Below, in pieces: positions 1 through 12,168 of a stretch of 64,000 nt of DNA (the stretch's first letter is position 1; every line of letters begins with the position of its first letter). The position numbers and the translations under genes are program-made. This DNA comes from Tubiluchus corallicola (lineage: Eukaryota > Animalia > Priapulida). The stretch lies in NCBI GenBank assembly GCA_030141605.1, contig JAQGDQ010000647.1, positions 55,595-119,594 on the forward strand, written 5' to 3'. The notes under the pieces were generated by a model. The model was not told the DNA's origin and made no database searches. It saw only the letters and a program-made list of their open reading frames with translations.

Positions 1-232
1 TAAATTGTATGTTGTTTAGCTCTTAAATACTATGTTGTTTAGTTCTTAAATAGTATGTTGTTTAGTTCTTAAATTGTATGTTGTTTTGTTCTTAAATTGT
101 ATGTTGTTTATTTCTTAAATAGTATTTTGTTTAGTTCTAAAATTGTATGTTGTTTAGTTCTTAAATTGTATGTTGTAAGTTCTTAAATTGTATGTTGTTT
201 AGTTCTTAAATAGCATGTTGTTTAGTTCTTAG
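1..232. repeat. 23-bp minisatellite
   Basis: TAAATTGTATGTTGTTTAGTTCT units. Confidence 0.9.
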
Positions 233-349
233 TATTTGGTAATTTACTAACATACCTTACAAAACTTATGAAAAAAACGACAAATCACTTTACAAACAGT
301 TCTACTTTTCTCTTACCAAATCAAAAGACAGACAAAATTGAATTCATAC

Positions 350-434
350 CTGTAATTTTGATCTTCTTTACCGTCTTGTTGGAATTATTTGTAACTTGTA
401 CATTAACGGCTATTGATTCTCCGTGATAATACAT
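350..434 (-). CDS. ARRB: Beta-arrestin exon, 85 nt, [28 protein letters not shown]; gene continues past the window start
   Basis: CAG/GTATG sites; [20 protein letters not shown] motif. Confidence 0.96.
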
Positions 435-948
435 CTGTAAACACACGAAAGTAAAGCCTGGTTCACACTACTGATTATGAACATGGTACATGCGAAAAAC
501 CTTTATTTCTGCGACCATCCTCTACTAAATAATTCTTTGGAACAAACAGTATTATGCAGACAGAAAAATGGATGCGATTCTTCCATTTGTAACTGAAATT
601 TCGATATCAAAGTTCAAAACTGTTCACACCTTTCCTTGTCAGAAAAACGCATATGATAGACTATAGTTTTGACTTCATTTTAAAGGAAAAATCAAAGGAA
701 AAATATGCATTTTAACATAAATTAAGAAAATTGAAGTCACTTTCTTAAAATACGCTTTGCTTTAAAATGCAAAAGAAATTTAAAGATATCTCCCACCAGA
801 TGAACACCGCTGCCCTCATATTTGAAAAAAAATCACATAAACTTGTGTCTGCAGGGTAGCGTGAATGCGGCGAAGGCAAGCTGTGATGAAGCTACGCGTT
901 ACAACATTTCTATAGATTTCGCAGAAGTTCAGTTATTCTAACGTTGTA

Positions 949-1452
949 CAGTGGAACCTCGACTTACGAAAACCCAATTATACGAAAAATTCAGAATACG
1001 AATCGAGTTTCGAAAAAATTTCCATCCCGTTAAACGAAAAAATACGAAAATGAAAATCGAAAGTGCCACCCGACAGCGGTCCTCCTAGAATGCATTTCGT
1101 AGCATCGCGTGAACGCATTCAATAACCATGGGTCCGAAAAAAGCAAGTGCCCAGCGGTAGTGATAAGAAGAAAAAGATGATGTTGATGAAAACAAAGCTT
1201 GAAATTATAGCTAAATATGAAAGTGACATGCGTGCAAGGGAGTATGAGCGAAACCCTTCGACGACCGGTCTTTATCATTAATGAACACATTTCTTTCGGT
1301 TGGCTACAATATTTACACTTTACACGACTGTTTTTTGGGGGGCTGGAACGAATTACGCCATTTATAGGGTAAATCTCGTCTCATAATACGAAAATTCTAA
1401 GATACGAAAACCCCTCAGGAAGAAATTAATTTCGTATCTGGAGGTATCACTG
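949..1452 (+). mobile_element. pogo/Tigger-type (Tc1/mariner) internally deleted transposon
   Basis: TA|CAGTGGAACCTC...GAGGTATCACTG|TA; decayed N-terminal transposase MGPKKAS..KKKKMMLMKTKLEIIAKYES...REYERNPST (CENP-B/psq HTH-like). Confidence 0.8.
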
Positions 1453-1934
1453 TATTTAACTGTGTTTATATAAAAATTAGTTATTTGATCAAGTTTAAAG
1501 TGGTTACATAGCTTTAAACCACGGAATTAAAAACCGTAAGCTGTGTACATTAATTGCGCATATAATTAATGTACATATTTCTTCAGTTTGAGAAACGCAT
1601 GCAAATTTGCGAGCATTAGTAAGTGGCGGGCAGGTTAATTAGTTTCTAGAATTCGCTCTATAAGTCAAAAAAGATTGCTGAAGCACCTGGCGGAATAAGT
1701 GTTTATGTTGCACGGTAACCGGATGACGCCATTTTTCATCTAAAAGTAGCGCGCTCAAGCGTGAAGTAATCACGACTTTTAACCAATATTACGAATTAAA
1801 TAAGATGCTTATCACAATTTTGTTGCTGAAACTTTCCAACATTTTCTCAAATATTCAGCTTCTCAAATGCGTTGACTTTTCCTTTAAACTCTCATTAGAC
1901 AACAATCATCATAAACAATCGCAAACACTTACAG

Positions 1935-2357
1935 CGCCTTCTTACTGTCTCGTACGGCGCCACCACGCAGGGAGATCGCTACGCTCTTGATCAAGTTGTT
2001 AAATCCGCCTCAAAAATTGTAGGAATTCAACAGCAATCAATGGCACATTTGTATGAAACTAGGGTCGCAGAGAAAGCGCAAGTTATCATGAAAGATGAAT
2101 TCCATCAGGGTAATAAATACTTTGAAATGCTTCCCCTCCTGTCAGAGATTCCGCTTAATCAACGCTAAAACCACAAGAACTTTAAATTCATTCTATCCCG
2201 TTGCAATTCGCACCATCAACAGTAAATCTCCAATATTAATAATCTATGTCACTGTACAACTGTGTTAATCTCCTTGTTGTCTCCATGAGTTATTGCAGTA
2301 TGTAAATTTCACTGCATGTGTTACGCTATAATGACAATAAATTGCTTACTTACTTAC
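1935..2357 (+). mobile_element. Rex1/Babar-like LINE 3' fragment
   Basis: Translates to YGATTQGDRYALDQVVKSASKIVG...KAQVIMKDEFH...FEMLP(fs)SCQRFR...TTRTLNSFYPVAIRTIN; AATAAA then (TTAC)n tail. Confidence 0.75.
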
Positions 2358-2796
2358 CAGGGTTCCCACAGAGTTTTAAAATAAATTTCGCTGACTTTTT
2401 CGTGACTTTTTCCTGACCAAATATTGATTTTCCGCGACCAAGATAAGCAGAAATTGCATTACCAGTACACATATTCAAACATTTTTGTGTATGGACATTC
2501 ATACATATACTGATATATAATATGTCGGCCAATCATTATTTTTGGAACAGAAATCGAAACTCGGAGCCTGGTATAGAAAAATTTTATCTGAACACGAAAA
2601 ATATGTTTGGAAAAATATCACTTCACGGCGATTAATTTTGCAACCCTTTCCAATTTCCCCGACTTTTCGCCGCATTTTCATCATTTTTCCTGACTTTTTA
2701 CTCAAATTATCTGTTTCCCCGACTTCTTCATCACTTTCCAGGATAGCCTGTATTTTCAAGGGTTTTCCTGGACTTTCCCTGACTGTGGGAACCCTG
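2358..2796. mobile_element. hAT-like MITE
   Basis: Perfect TIR CAGGGTTCCCACA / TGTGGGAACCCTG; subterminal CTGACTTT repeats; no TSD visible. Confidence 0.65.
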
Positions 2797-2829
2797 AAAT
2801 AGTGCTAAATTTGCTGAAAAAATACCAAC

Positions 2830-2965
2830 CCCTTTATCTAACGAAGCCTCTAGATGCAGAGGTCCAGGGCTCATCATAAAATCTTTTGTCACCTCGGCAC
2901 TTGGCTGTGGTCCGGGGTCCTCAGGTGCGTACATTACTTTTCTAATAGCCAATCGGACGGAATTC
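2830..2965 (-). CDS. ARRB: Beta-arrestin exon, 136 nt, (R)[45 protein letters not shown]
   Basis: CAG acceptor and GTTGGT donor; NSVRL.IRK and LHLEASLDK motifs. Confidence 0.96.
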
Positions 2966-3071
2966 CTGAAATGCGTAAAATCTCTAATGTCAAAACAGTA
3001 AACCGACCTCTAGACGAGGATAATTGATTGCATATTGATTAATGAGTTATTGAATATTTAAAATACATTAA

Positions 3072-3526
3072 AGGAAAACCAGATGATTTGCTACTTAGAC
3101 GGGCACTAACGCCTCCATTTCGGAAATGCGTTGCACAAAAAAAGATGCTGTACTTCTCCGTTCAGATGTGCAAGTTTGCAACGAGTTCGACAGCTCATGC
3201 GCAAGCATAGTGGAAAATTTAAAATGTGAATTTTTTATCTTAAACTTGTCTAGTTTTAGTACAAGACACTGAATATCTTACAGTAGCTACTGTACTTCAA
3301 TTTTCGCTTTCACAAACACGTGCAACACGCTCGTGAAATGTTTTTGCTGTAGAAAAATTATGTCAGTTTGTGATGACATGAACAGTTGGGTTCACCCTCC
3401 ATTAATTAAGTTTTTAATCTATTATTTAAACATCAGAAAGGCTTTTGCAGTATTAAATGTGTTAAAATGTATTTTTTTATTGGACCGGAAAATGGGGTAG
3501 TATATGAAATATCATCCTGTCTTCCT
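3072..3526. mobile_element. Family C-related shorter copy
   Basis: TTAA|AGGAAAACCAGATG...ATCCTGTCTTCCT; shares internal sequence with the 19523 copy. Confidence 0.7.
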
Positions 3527-3589
3527 CTAAAGGTTTATTAATTTTCTTCTAACACTTAATAAAAACTATGTGTCGGCATATGCCGTCTT

Positions 3590-3960
3590 AAGTAAACAAA
3601 TGCAAAAAATGTAAACAAAAGTCATTAGACTCCACAGGTAATCCATGTAATTAAAACAACACAACGATGTTAAAACAATTTAGTTAAGAATCATGCCAAA
3701 CGTTTCTACAGAGCTGTTGCTGTCATCATCAGTGCAAAATTTTTACAAACATGGTCGGTCCTGAAAGAGTTAAGAAGCTTCAATCGCCTATAAGAGTGGG
3801 AAGTGGTGCTGACAAGCCACTGCTGCACCAGCGTTTAGTTTTTTGCTGGATTACTGCTGCGTTTACCTGTCTGATGGCAGATTTCTTTTATTTTAGAATT
3901 CTGCTTTCCAGTGTCAGGCATATGATAATCTGCGCTCAATTATCTAACAATTGTTGAAGC
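3590..3960 (-). mobile_element. Probable Penelope-like element terminal remnant; segment 3799-3903 recurs at about 18056-18162
   Basis: Hammerhead motif plus a segment of about 105 bp with a second copy in the window; boundaries approximate. Confidence 0.45.
3694..3737 (-). ncRNA. Degenerate minimal hammerhead ribozyme of Penelope-like type
   Basis: Minus strand TTGCA-CTGATGA-T-GACAG caacagct CTGTA-GAAACGTT-TGGCA: core boxes, stem II with one mismatch, palindromic AACGTT stem III. Confidence 0.55.
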
Positions 3961-4679
3961 TGTTGCATCATCACAAATACGTACAGCTAGAGCTAATATA
4001 AAAGCAAAAACGTTCAATTGAAAATTAAAGTCTGCAGGTAAGGAAATTGAACTTTGTTCAAGCGTAACCCAGTATTAAAACTTCTCTATATCTTGAAATC
4101 TTGGAAATAATTAAATCCTCAGGAAAAGCAATTACAAGGGGTTCTCGTCACTGTCACGTCACAACAATTAATTAACGTTTTCTCTACTCGGCAAAAACGT
4201 TTTAGTTCCTGTTAAAAGTTTCAAGCCAACCCATCTAATAATGATCTTTAATTTTCATTTCTTAACGCTATTTGATGAGTTTTGGAGCAATGGGAGCAAT
4301 GGGAGCTGGTCTAGCTGGATTTCCCAATTTTTCAGCAATGAAAATAAAATTTTTTGAAAATGAAAATAAATTTAAACAGCAAACGTTACGGGCGTATGCT
4401 GAAAACACGACGAAAACGTTTCGTGTCGGTTTTTGTTCAAAGTCGCAATTCATTTTTAAATGATGGCAAAAAACTAGACATCGCAGACTTGAAGAAATGA
4501 AATAATTTAGCAAAAAGTAACGCGACTCCACACAAACTGCATTACGCTGATTTTACGAAACATTTCGCAAATTCTTTTTCCACGCCAACAATGATAAGAC
4601 ACAATTTATGACTTCTGCTTGCACCTGCTGCATATATAGAGTCTCCAGGGGAAGCCAGGCAACAAGTCAGAAGATATTA

Positions 4680-5230
4680 CTCATTCACTTCTTTAAAGTC
4701 TCGTTCCACCTACTGTAGGCATTGAGGTATCAACATTTAGTAGAGCATTCCACCCACTTTTATCTGCAGCTAACAGAGTCTGCTCCTAAAGGTGGATTTC
4801 ATTGAAGTTGTTGAACATCTTCATTTATCTTAGCTATCCAAGTTGTTTTAGGTTTACCAGGTGGTTTTTTCCAAGGTTTTAAGGCTTCCTTTAAGTTTAA
4901 GGCAATTCTTACTGGTGCTTCATTTGGTAATCTTAGAAGATGTCCTATCTATCTTAATCTTCGGATCTTGACCTTTGAACTTCAATAAATTTCTTTCATT
5001 CTGATATACAAATCCTGATTTTTGATTATGTATGGTCATCTTATCTTTAAAACTTTCCTTAGAAGACTTCTATGAAATGTGTCAATCTGCTTTTCTTGAG
5101 TAATCGTTAAACCCCCGAGTTTTGCCGTTGTGCATAAATATGCCAGTAACGTTTTTTTACAAGGTTTTAAGGCTTCGTTTAAGGTAATTCTTACTGGTGC
5201 TTCACTTGGTAATCGTAGAAGATGTCTTTC
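4680..5230 (-). mobile_element. RTE-clade LINE 3' fragment, degraded, with local duplication
   Basis: Translates to EKQIDTFHRSLLRKVLKIR, GHLLRLP.EAPVR, PGKPKTTW, AADKSGW; contains stops and frameshifts. Confidence 0.7.
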
Positions 5231-5354
5231 ATACGGCAAAGAAAATACTGATGAATTTGGTTGCCAGGCAACAGTGCGGATCATTTTACAACAGTGTACG
5301 GCTGCCAACAATGTAGCAACAATCACTGTAATGTTTCCTCTCCTCTCGTCTTAC

Positions 5355-5482
5355 CGTTTGTGTGGCTTCTCTTCCATTGTCTCCGCAACGTACGTCTTCA
5401 GTTCGTAGTCGACCCCGCATGGTTTCCCGGTGTCGCCCGGAGCAGGCTGTAGTGTCACCGATGCGGGAGCATATGACGGCAA
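5355..5482 (-). CDS. ARRB: Beta-arrestin exon, 128 nt, [42 protein letters not shown](R)
   Basis: CAG/GTAAG sites; SVTLQP..DTGK.CGVDYE motif. Confidence 0.97.
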
Positions 5483-6039
5483 CTGAAAGAATCAAATAGA
5501 TATTTTAAACAGCACACAAAAATGAAATCGAGAATGCTGCAACGTTAGTTAAAGGAAAAGGAAAGACAATTTTGAAGAACTTTCCATACGAACTCACATT
5601 ACTTAGTAATACTCCTTAGTTGCTTAAAAGCTTAAGTAACTGGAAAAAAGAATTCTTATTAATTTGAAATGTTCGATCCATCTGGTAAAATGGCATAGCA
5701 TCACCCCTTCCCAGTGTGCACCACTGACTCACCAAAAAGGTATTATTAATCTTAATGACAAGTTAAAGTAATTAATACTTTTGCTTAGTTAGTGAAGTGT
5801 GTGCTAGCCATGCTCTGATTATTTTTTTAAACCTTGGGCAATGTTATCTAAATTTGTCTCAAACAACCGACTGTCAAAACAGCACCGCCTAACGGTCATC
5901 GCAGGAGTTTAAATTTTATACAGCACTGCTGTTAATGCAAGCTATGTTTGCAACAAAGCAACAAGTGGATTGTTCAACATTTTAAGACGAATTTTTTAAC
6001 TTGTCGAAAGCAAATGATTCTATTGTCTATGACCTACAA

Positions 6040-6472
6040 CACGGGAGTGCAAACTGCGGCCCGCGGGCCACTTGCGGCTCGCCGAAAGATCTTGTGTGGC
6101 CCACGAGGAGGTTTGTCAACGTAATGAAGGTGCGGCCCACGCGATCCAGCTGAAGTCCACACCAATATAGCAAAGATAGTGCGGGTAGTTTTTTCCTCTA
6201 GATCGGATGGCATTAACCCGTACAAGACCGTTGTCACTTAATGTCACTGTCCGACATGACGAAATATATGGTTTTTAATATAAATTTTAATAACTTCTAA
6301 AATAGTTTCTTGAGTGTAGTATTGTAGTAGTGATGATGCGCGCAAATCGGATGCAAAAAAATCGTTATTAGGTCCTACTGTACTTGGCTCCGTGACCAAA
6401 CTGCATGTGGCCCACAGGAATTGCGGGAAAATTTAATGTGGCCCGGCCAGTCAGATAATTTGCACACCCCTG
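6040..6472. mobile_element. hAT (Charlie-like) MITE
   Basis: Degenerate TIR CACGGGAGTGCAAA / TTTGCACACCCCTG; subterminal GCGGCCC/GTGGCCC motifs. Confidence 0.6.
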
Positions 6473-6548
6473 GTATACAAGATGCAGTTGAAACGACAAG
6501 TCTCACAAATTTTTGTGAAAAAGAACGGGTATTTCTCCAATGATTTAC

Positions 6549-6647
6549 CTGAAAGAAGAATGGATATGCATTCTGTCCGAGTTTTTTAATCAGCCGTTCT
6601 TGCAGTCGTGTCAGCGGCTTCTGTTGAGCGGCATCCGGAGGAAAAAC
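6549..6647 (-). CDS. ARRB: Beta-arrestin exon, 99 nt, [33 protein letters not shown]
   Basis: CAG/GTAAA sites; [13 protein letters not shown] motif; phase 0/0. Confidence 0.97.
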
Positions 6648-7332
6648 CTGAAAAACACAAACTGCGCCTTTAGACAAAAAAATGACGACGCGGGGTCGGC
6701 AGTTCCAATAATTTGACGCGAAATAACCAACGTAGTTGTTAAAATACTTTACAAATTCTAGTCGTCTGATTAGATGTGGAAAAGATCCACTTTTACTGGA
6801 CCTGGATGAGCACCAGAGCGGGATAACCTTCAAGGTTTTTTGCGTAGAAATCTAAAGCGGAAATGATGTTTATCGACGAACAAATCTCTTCATTCCATCA
6901 GATTTGTGGCTAAAATTACAAATTTAGTGATGTTTGTTCGAAAGCAAACAATATTTTTTGTTTAGGATTTATCAAGTTTATGTATAAATTTTCGTATATT
7001 GTTTGTTTGTTTAAAATTACGACATAAAATTAGACACTTTTGTTTCGTCTTACGCAGCATTAAAACATTGGCTTAAAATTTTCTGAAGCAGCACCCCCGG
7101 TTCAAATTATGAGAATGTTTATGAACGAAAATGTTGCAAGTGTTTGGGAGTTATTGATATCTATATGCTATTACCACAAAAAAACTAATCTTTTGGAAGA
7201 GATTTAATGGTTAAAATGTTGAGTCTGCACTTTTTTATATAAACAGATTTCATTTTACAGAACATTTGGCATACTGAAAAGCCTGTCTGATTAGCATTTA
7301 GGAATGAGCAACTACCATAAAGTTATGGTAGG

Positions 7333-7847
7333 CAGTGGTGGCTCGTGTATAAGTACTGTGGAAATGCGGCACTCCCTATTTTTACTCACTATTATCGATA
7401 GTATTCAATATGATCAATTTAGTTCTTTCTTTATATTTGTGCGTAACCACAGCACGTGAGGGTAATACTGTTTCATTCACAGCCCAGCACAGTGCGCTCC
7501 AGCAATGCGGTGTTTGGCTGTTGTGTGCATGCGGCCATGTACGAATGAGTCCAGGTAGAAAAAGTACTGTCGCTAACACAGTTTGTTGCTAGTTGTCATG
7601 CGCTTACCGTGAATGGATCAAGCTTCAACTGTAACAATTTGGACTATTAGTAAGCAAATAATATTTTTTTGTTTAGGATTTTATCAAGTTTATGTATAAA
7701 CTTTCCTATGTATGTTTATTTAAAATTAAAATTACAAATTACAACATTAAAATTCCATATGTTTGTTTCATTTTACACAATATTAAAACAATTGCTAAAA
7801 ATTTTCTGAAGCAGCACCCCACTAATTCTATCTACGAGCCGCTACTG
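7333..7847. mobile_element. MITE with CAGTGGTGGCTCGT TIR; related copies at about 31815-32391 (inverted) and about 6940-7100 (partial)
   Basis: TIR match and shared internal sequence between copies. Confidence 0.6.
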
Positions 7848-8149
7848 GTCTACTGCTCTGCTAACAAGCAATTTCAGTATAAGCTAAGCCAAGATCGTTA
7901 CCCTAAAAGTATGACTACTTGGGAAAATACTATTGCATAGTTAGTTCGTAATAACAAAGGCGGGCGGGCGTATTTCATCTGAATACGACTCCACTTTTGG
8001 AAATGGCATCCAGTAAGAGCAAATCATTAGAAAAGAAACCCGAGCGTTCAGTATCATTTACGGCAAGCTTAACATTTTCTAAACCATAACCGCATTAAAA
8101 CTCGACTTTCATCCGATGCTGAAGAACTCTCGCAAGAAGAATCGGTGAC

Positions 8150-8820
8150 ACGTGTCACCTCGAACATGAGTAGCTCTACTAAACCAACATCAGGCAACAT
8201 CGTTAGAGATTTCGATACGATCAAACAGGTACACGACCCCCAGTCGGGATAATTACAAGAAACCACAACCTGGAAGATTTGAACTGCTCCCATTGTGAGC
8301 TTAGCACAATGGAAATGACATATAATGGCAGTGGTTACTCCAGTTGTGTTAGAAACTGGAAGGCACACTAATATCACAGAAGATCAAAGATTGTATCATT
8401 TTTGTGGTCAGTTACTGGTCAGAGACTGAAAAACATGTTTTTATTGCATTGTCCCCTTTATGTCCCCGGATATTCGCATTTCGTTATTCCAGTGTCTAAG
8501 CACAAAAATCAATAATTTTAATGAGTTCAATGATAATGATAAATTACGTCAGATAAGTTAGGTGATATATGTTTAAAAGAATGTGCCAAAACCTGCCACC
8601 TAGTGGCGGAAAGGAGAAATGTTTTAACTAGTGTAATGATATGTTTTAATGTTTGTTTAATGACCGATTTAATTTACGTGTAAATGTAAGGTAAGTTTTA
8701 ATGTAAAATGGTTGTTTTAATGATTTTTAAGGTGTCACATAACTCTGTCGATAGATTGGCTTTTATTTCACTGTAAGTGTGCACACTTTTGTGTTTCAAA
8801 TTGTTGTGAAATAAAACATG
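8150..8820 (+). mobile_element. Degraded non-LTR retrotransposon 3' end (CR1-group-like, Cys/His C-terminus)
   Basis: LETGRHTNITEDQRLYHFC...ETEKHV-like translation with frameshifts, then T-rich 3'UTR and AATAAA. Confidence 0.45.
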
Positions 8821-9106
8821 ACCACTATAATTAACTAGCTATGCTATACTGTACTATAACTGCTGTGTAGTGGATTTACAGGCGCTCACACTTAGAATAC
8901 CTGAGCAATTACAGTGAATTATAGACATAAAGCTTATTAGATGATGACGAATGTTGCACCTGTGCTCCAACATAGGCTCAAGGTACATCAGGTGTCGCCA
9001 AGATGCATTTGATTACGACAACACGGCACAAGAAGAAAGTGATACAATCCCTCGAAAATAACAGCAAGAATTTTAGATCATTTCAACAAATACAGAAGTT
9101 TTAAAC

Positions 9107-9790
9107 TGTTGCAATGCGTACGATATTGGTGCAATGTTGATGCAATGTGTACGATATTGGTGCAATGTGTACGATATTGGTGCGATGTTGGTGCAATTTG
9201 TACGACATTAGTGCAATGTTGATGCAATGTGTACGATATTGGTGCAATGTTGATGCAATGTGTACGGTATTGGTGCAATGTGTACGATATTGGTGCAATG
9301 TTGATGCAATTTGTACGACATTAGTGCAATGTTGATGCAATGTGTACGATATTGGTGCAATGTTGATGCAATGTGTACGATATTGGTGCAATGTGTACGA
9401 TATTGGTGCAATGTGTACGATATTGGTGCGATGTTGGTGCAAATTGTACGACATTAGTGCAATGTTGGTGCAATGCGTAGGATATAGGTGAATTGGTGCA
9501 ATGTGTACGAGATTGGTGCAATGTGTATGACATAGGTGCAATGTTGGTGCAATCTGTAGGATATAAGTGAAATGTTGGTGCAATTTGTACGATACTGGTG
9601 CAATAGGTGCCATGTTGGTGCGATGTGCGAGATATAGGTGTACTGTTGGTGCAATGTGTACGACATAGGTACAATGTCGGTGCAATGTGAAAGATATAGG
9701 TACAATGCTGGTGCAATGTGTACGATATAGATGCAATGTGTACTATATAGGTGCAATGTTGGTGAAATGTGTACGATATTGGTGCAATGT
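9107..9790. repeat. Compound 11/20/31-bp minisatellite
   Basis: TGTGTACGATATTGGTGCAA and TGTTGATGCAA units. Confidence 0.9.
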
Positions 9791-9923
9791 TTTAAGCCTC
9801 TCTTTGATTTCGTTTCACAACGATTGTCGTTAATCGATCGAGAATGCAGGGAAGCTTTGTCTTTCAAGGCAGGTAATTAAGATAACTCTCTTGCACTGAA
9901 ACCAGGTAATTAACGAGCCTCAC

Positions 9924-10066
9924 CTGCATCGAGGCCAGGTACAAATCCTTCCTGAACGTGAGCCCCAGGACGTCCAAATCCTCCCGTCCATAGCGGAAGG
10001 CAGCGAGAACGTGAGCGTAGACCTTTCTGTCCTTCAAGTAGTCTGGATCAATTAAAACAACGCCAT
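9924..10066 (-). CDS. ARRB: Beta-arrestin exon, 143 nt, (D)[47 protein letters not shown]
   Basis: CAG/GTGAG sites; arrestin signature [19 protein letters not shown]. Confidence 0.97.
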
Positions 10067-10438
10067 CTGTAAACAGAATTGTGAAATTATTAGAAAACGT
10101 AATTGAAATGGTCTGGAAATATTAATTCAATGTTTATAATAGCAAAAAAACTACTAAAGAAGCCATATTAAGCTTATCTTTTTTGGTTTCCTATTAAAAT
10201 GGCTGCGCGTAACGGTCATAGCGGGAGTTTAAATTTATATGTTTAATACAGCGTTACTGCCGACGCAAGCCCTGTATGCAAAAAGGCAGTAAGTAAGTGG
10301 TATAAAATTTCAAGACAAATTTTTTCAGCTTTATGTAAGCGGAGGGTTCTCTTGTGGTTAAAACTGTGTGTAGGTTGTATAAACAATAGGTGTTCCAAGT
10401 ACTCATGCAAATTAAGTTTAAAAAATATGTTCTATTAA

Positions 10439-10985
10439 AGGAAAACCGGATGATTGTGTAAACATGAGTTCAAAATAAAGAATGCTCTGAAATATTGAAA
10501 ACTACAATAGCTTTTTTTAATCAAAGCTTACATCAAATAATAATTACCTCGGACACTCAAATTTCGTTAAACTTTCAAAGCTACGCGCGGCTCAGTGAAT
10601 CTACTAAGATTGGCGGCGGCGCCTTTTTGCCACGTGCGCGTGGCCGACAAATAGAAGGCGGTACCGTGATAACCATGATCATGAACTGCTGTGTTAGTTT
10701 CTGACGTCATATGATGTAAAACCCATTTTTCATGACATCATGCGTTTAAGCAGTACTGTAACACTTACGTAAACGTGCTTGACGCGCAAGGGAAGACGCC
10801 TACCATTTCACAAACTGTGGTTGGTTTCTGACGTAAGCAATAGCTGCGTTCGGTTGCCGTTAATTAACTTTCTAAGCTAATTCTCAAATATAAGGAACAA
10901 CTGTTAACTATTATAGGCAAGAAAACGCATATTTTGGACAGTAAATTAAAATGAGATCGAGTCTAAACAATCATCCGGTCTTCCT
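10439..10985. mobile_element. Non-autonomous TTAA-flanked DNA transposon (Kolobok-like), family B
   Basis: TTAA|AGGAAAACCGGATGATTG...CAATCATCCGGTCTTCCT|TTAA; further copies at 29444 and 43044. Confidence 0.8.
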
Positions 10986-11389
10986 TTAACTAATATCCTT
11001 TCCCTTGTACTTTGCCCAATAAAAGCCTCCAGCCATTATATCAACTTGAAATTCATTAATTGCAACTCGAATGCATTATTGTTGCCACGAAAATTTACTG
11101 TTCGCTAACGATTAAATTTTTAATTAATTTCATACGTCGACTTCTACTAAAATAACCATAAAAGCATACCCTGTGCAAAACAAAATGTCAACATAATTAA
11201 AATTTCTGCAAGGATGACGGTACTTGATTACATGGAGAATTTGTGGGGCACAGAAAGTTCTGAAAAACGTCTGTCCGCAATTACTCAAATTCCACAATTA
11301 ATTAAGCTCAGTAGAAGAACAACCCAATTCAGAGCTACTAACTCATGATTATAACAGAGCAGAAAGTTAATGGAACACACGATGATTTT

Positions 11390-11957
11390 GCATTTTCAAG
11401 TTGGATAAAAATTATACATTTTTTAAAACACAATTGATACTGCAAAAACGGTTCTGATAATTAAATAATAGGTTAAAATCTTAATTAACGGCGGGCGAAC
11501 CCAACTATTGATGACGTCACAAACTAACATAATTTTCAACAGCCAATATATATTGCACGAGCGTGTTTGTGAAAGTGAAAATTGAAGTACAGTGCTACTG
11601 TAAGATATTCAGTGTGTTGTATTAAAACTAGGCAAGTTTTAAGATAAAAATTCAAATTTCAAATTTGCCACTGTGCTCAGGCATGAGCTGTCGTAACAAA
11701 CTAACACATCTGAACTGAGAGCTACTGCCCCTATTTTTGTGCAATCCGTTTCCGAAATGCAGGCGCTAGTGCCCGTCTAACTAGTAAATGGCGAAATGCA
11801 CGTAACAGTGAAGTACTAGTGGCGCAAACGTGAAATTGTGTTTGTGTGGTAATAATTCTTTCACGTAAATCATTTTTGAAAAAATAACATGTTTCCTTTC
11901 AATATTTTAAAGAATAGATTGTTTTGACATACAGTTTAGATTGGGTCCAGTTGTGCT
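11390..11957. mobile_element. Family C copy, left end eroded
   Basis: Colinear with 24907-25509; ends GCT|TTAA. Confidence 0.7.
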
Positions 11958-12168
11958 TTAATGCAAATTATATACCTTTCCTTCCTTGGCAAGATTGAAG
12001 TAAATGATTGATGGATTGACTAAATAATGTAATCACGAAATCAAAGAAAGCCATAGGAGTGGAACGCAGCCATACAAGTGGAACAACCACCCAAATTTAA
12101 GTTAAATAAAGCCCTGCTCTACATTGTATTTCACAAGATTAGATATTTGAGGCACTAAAACTTCGGCG

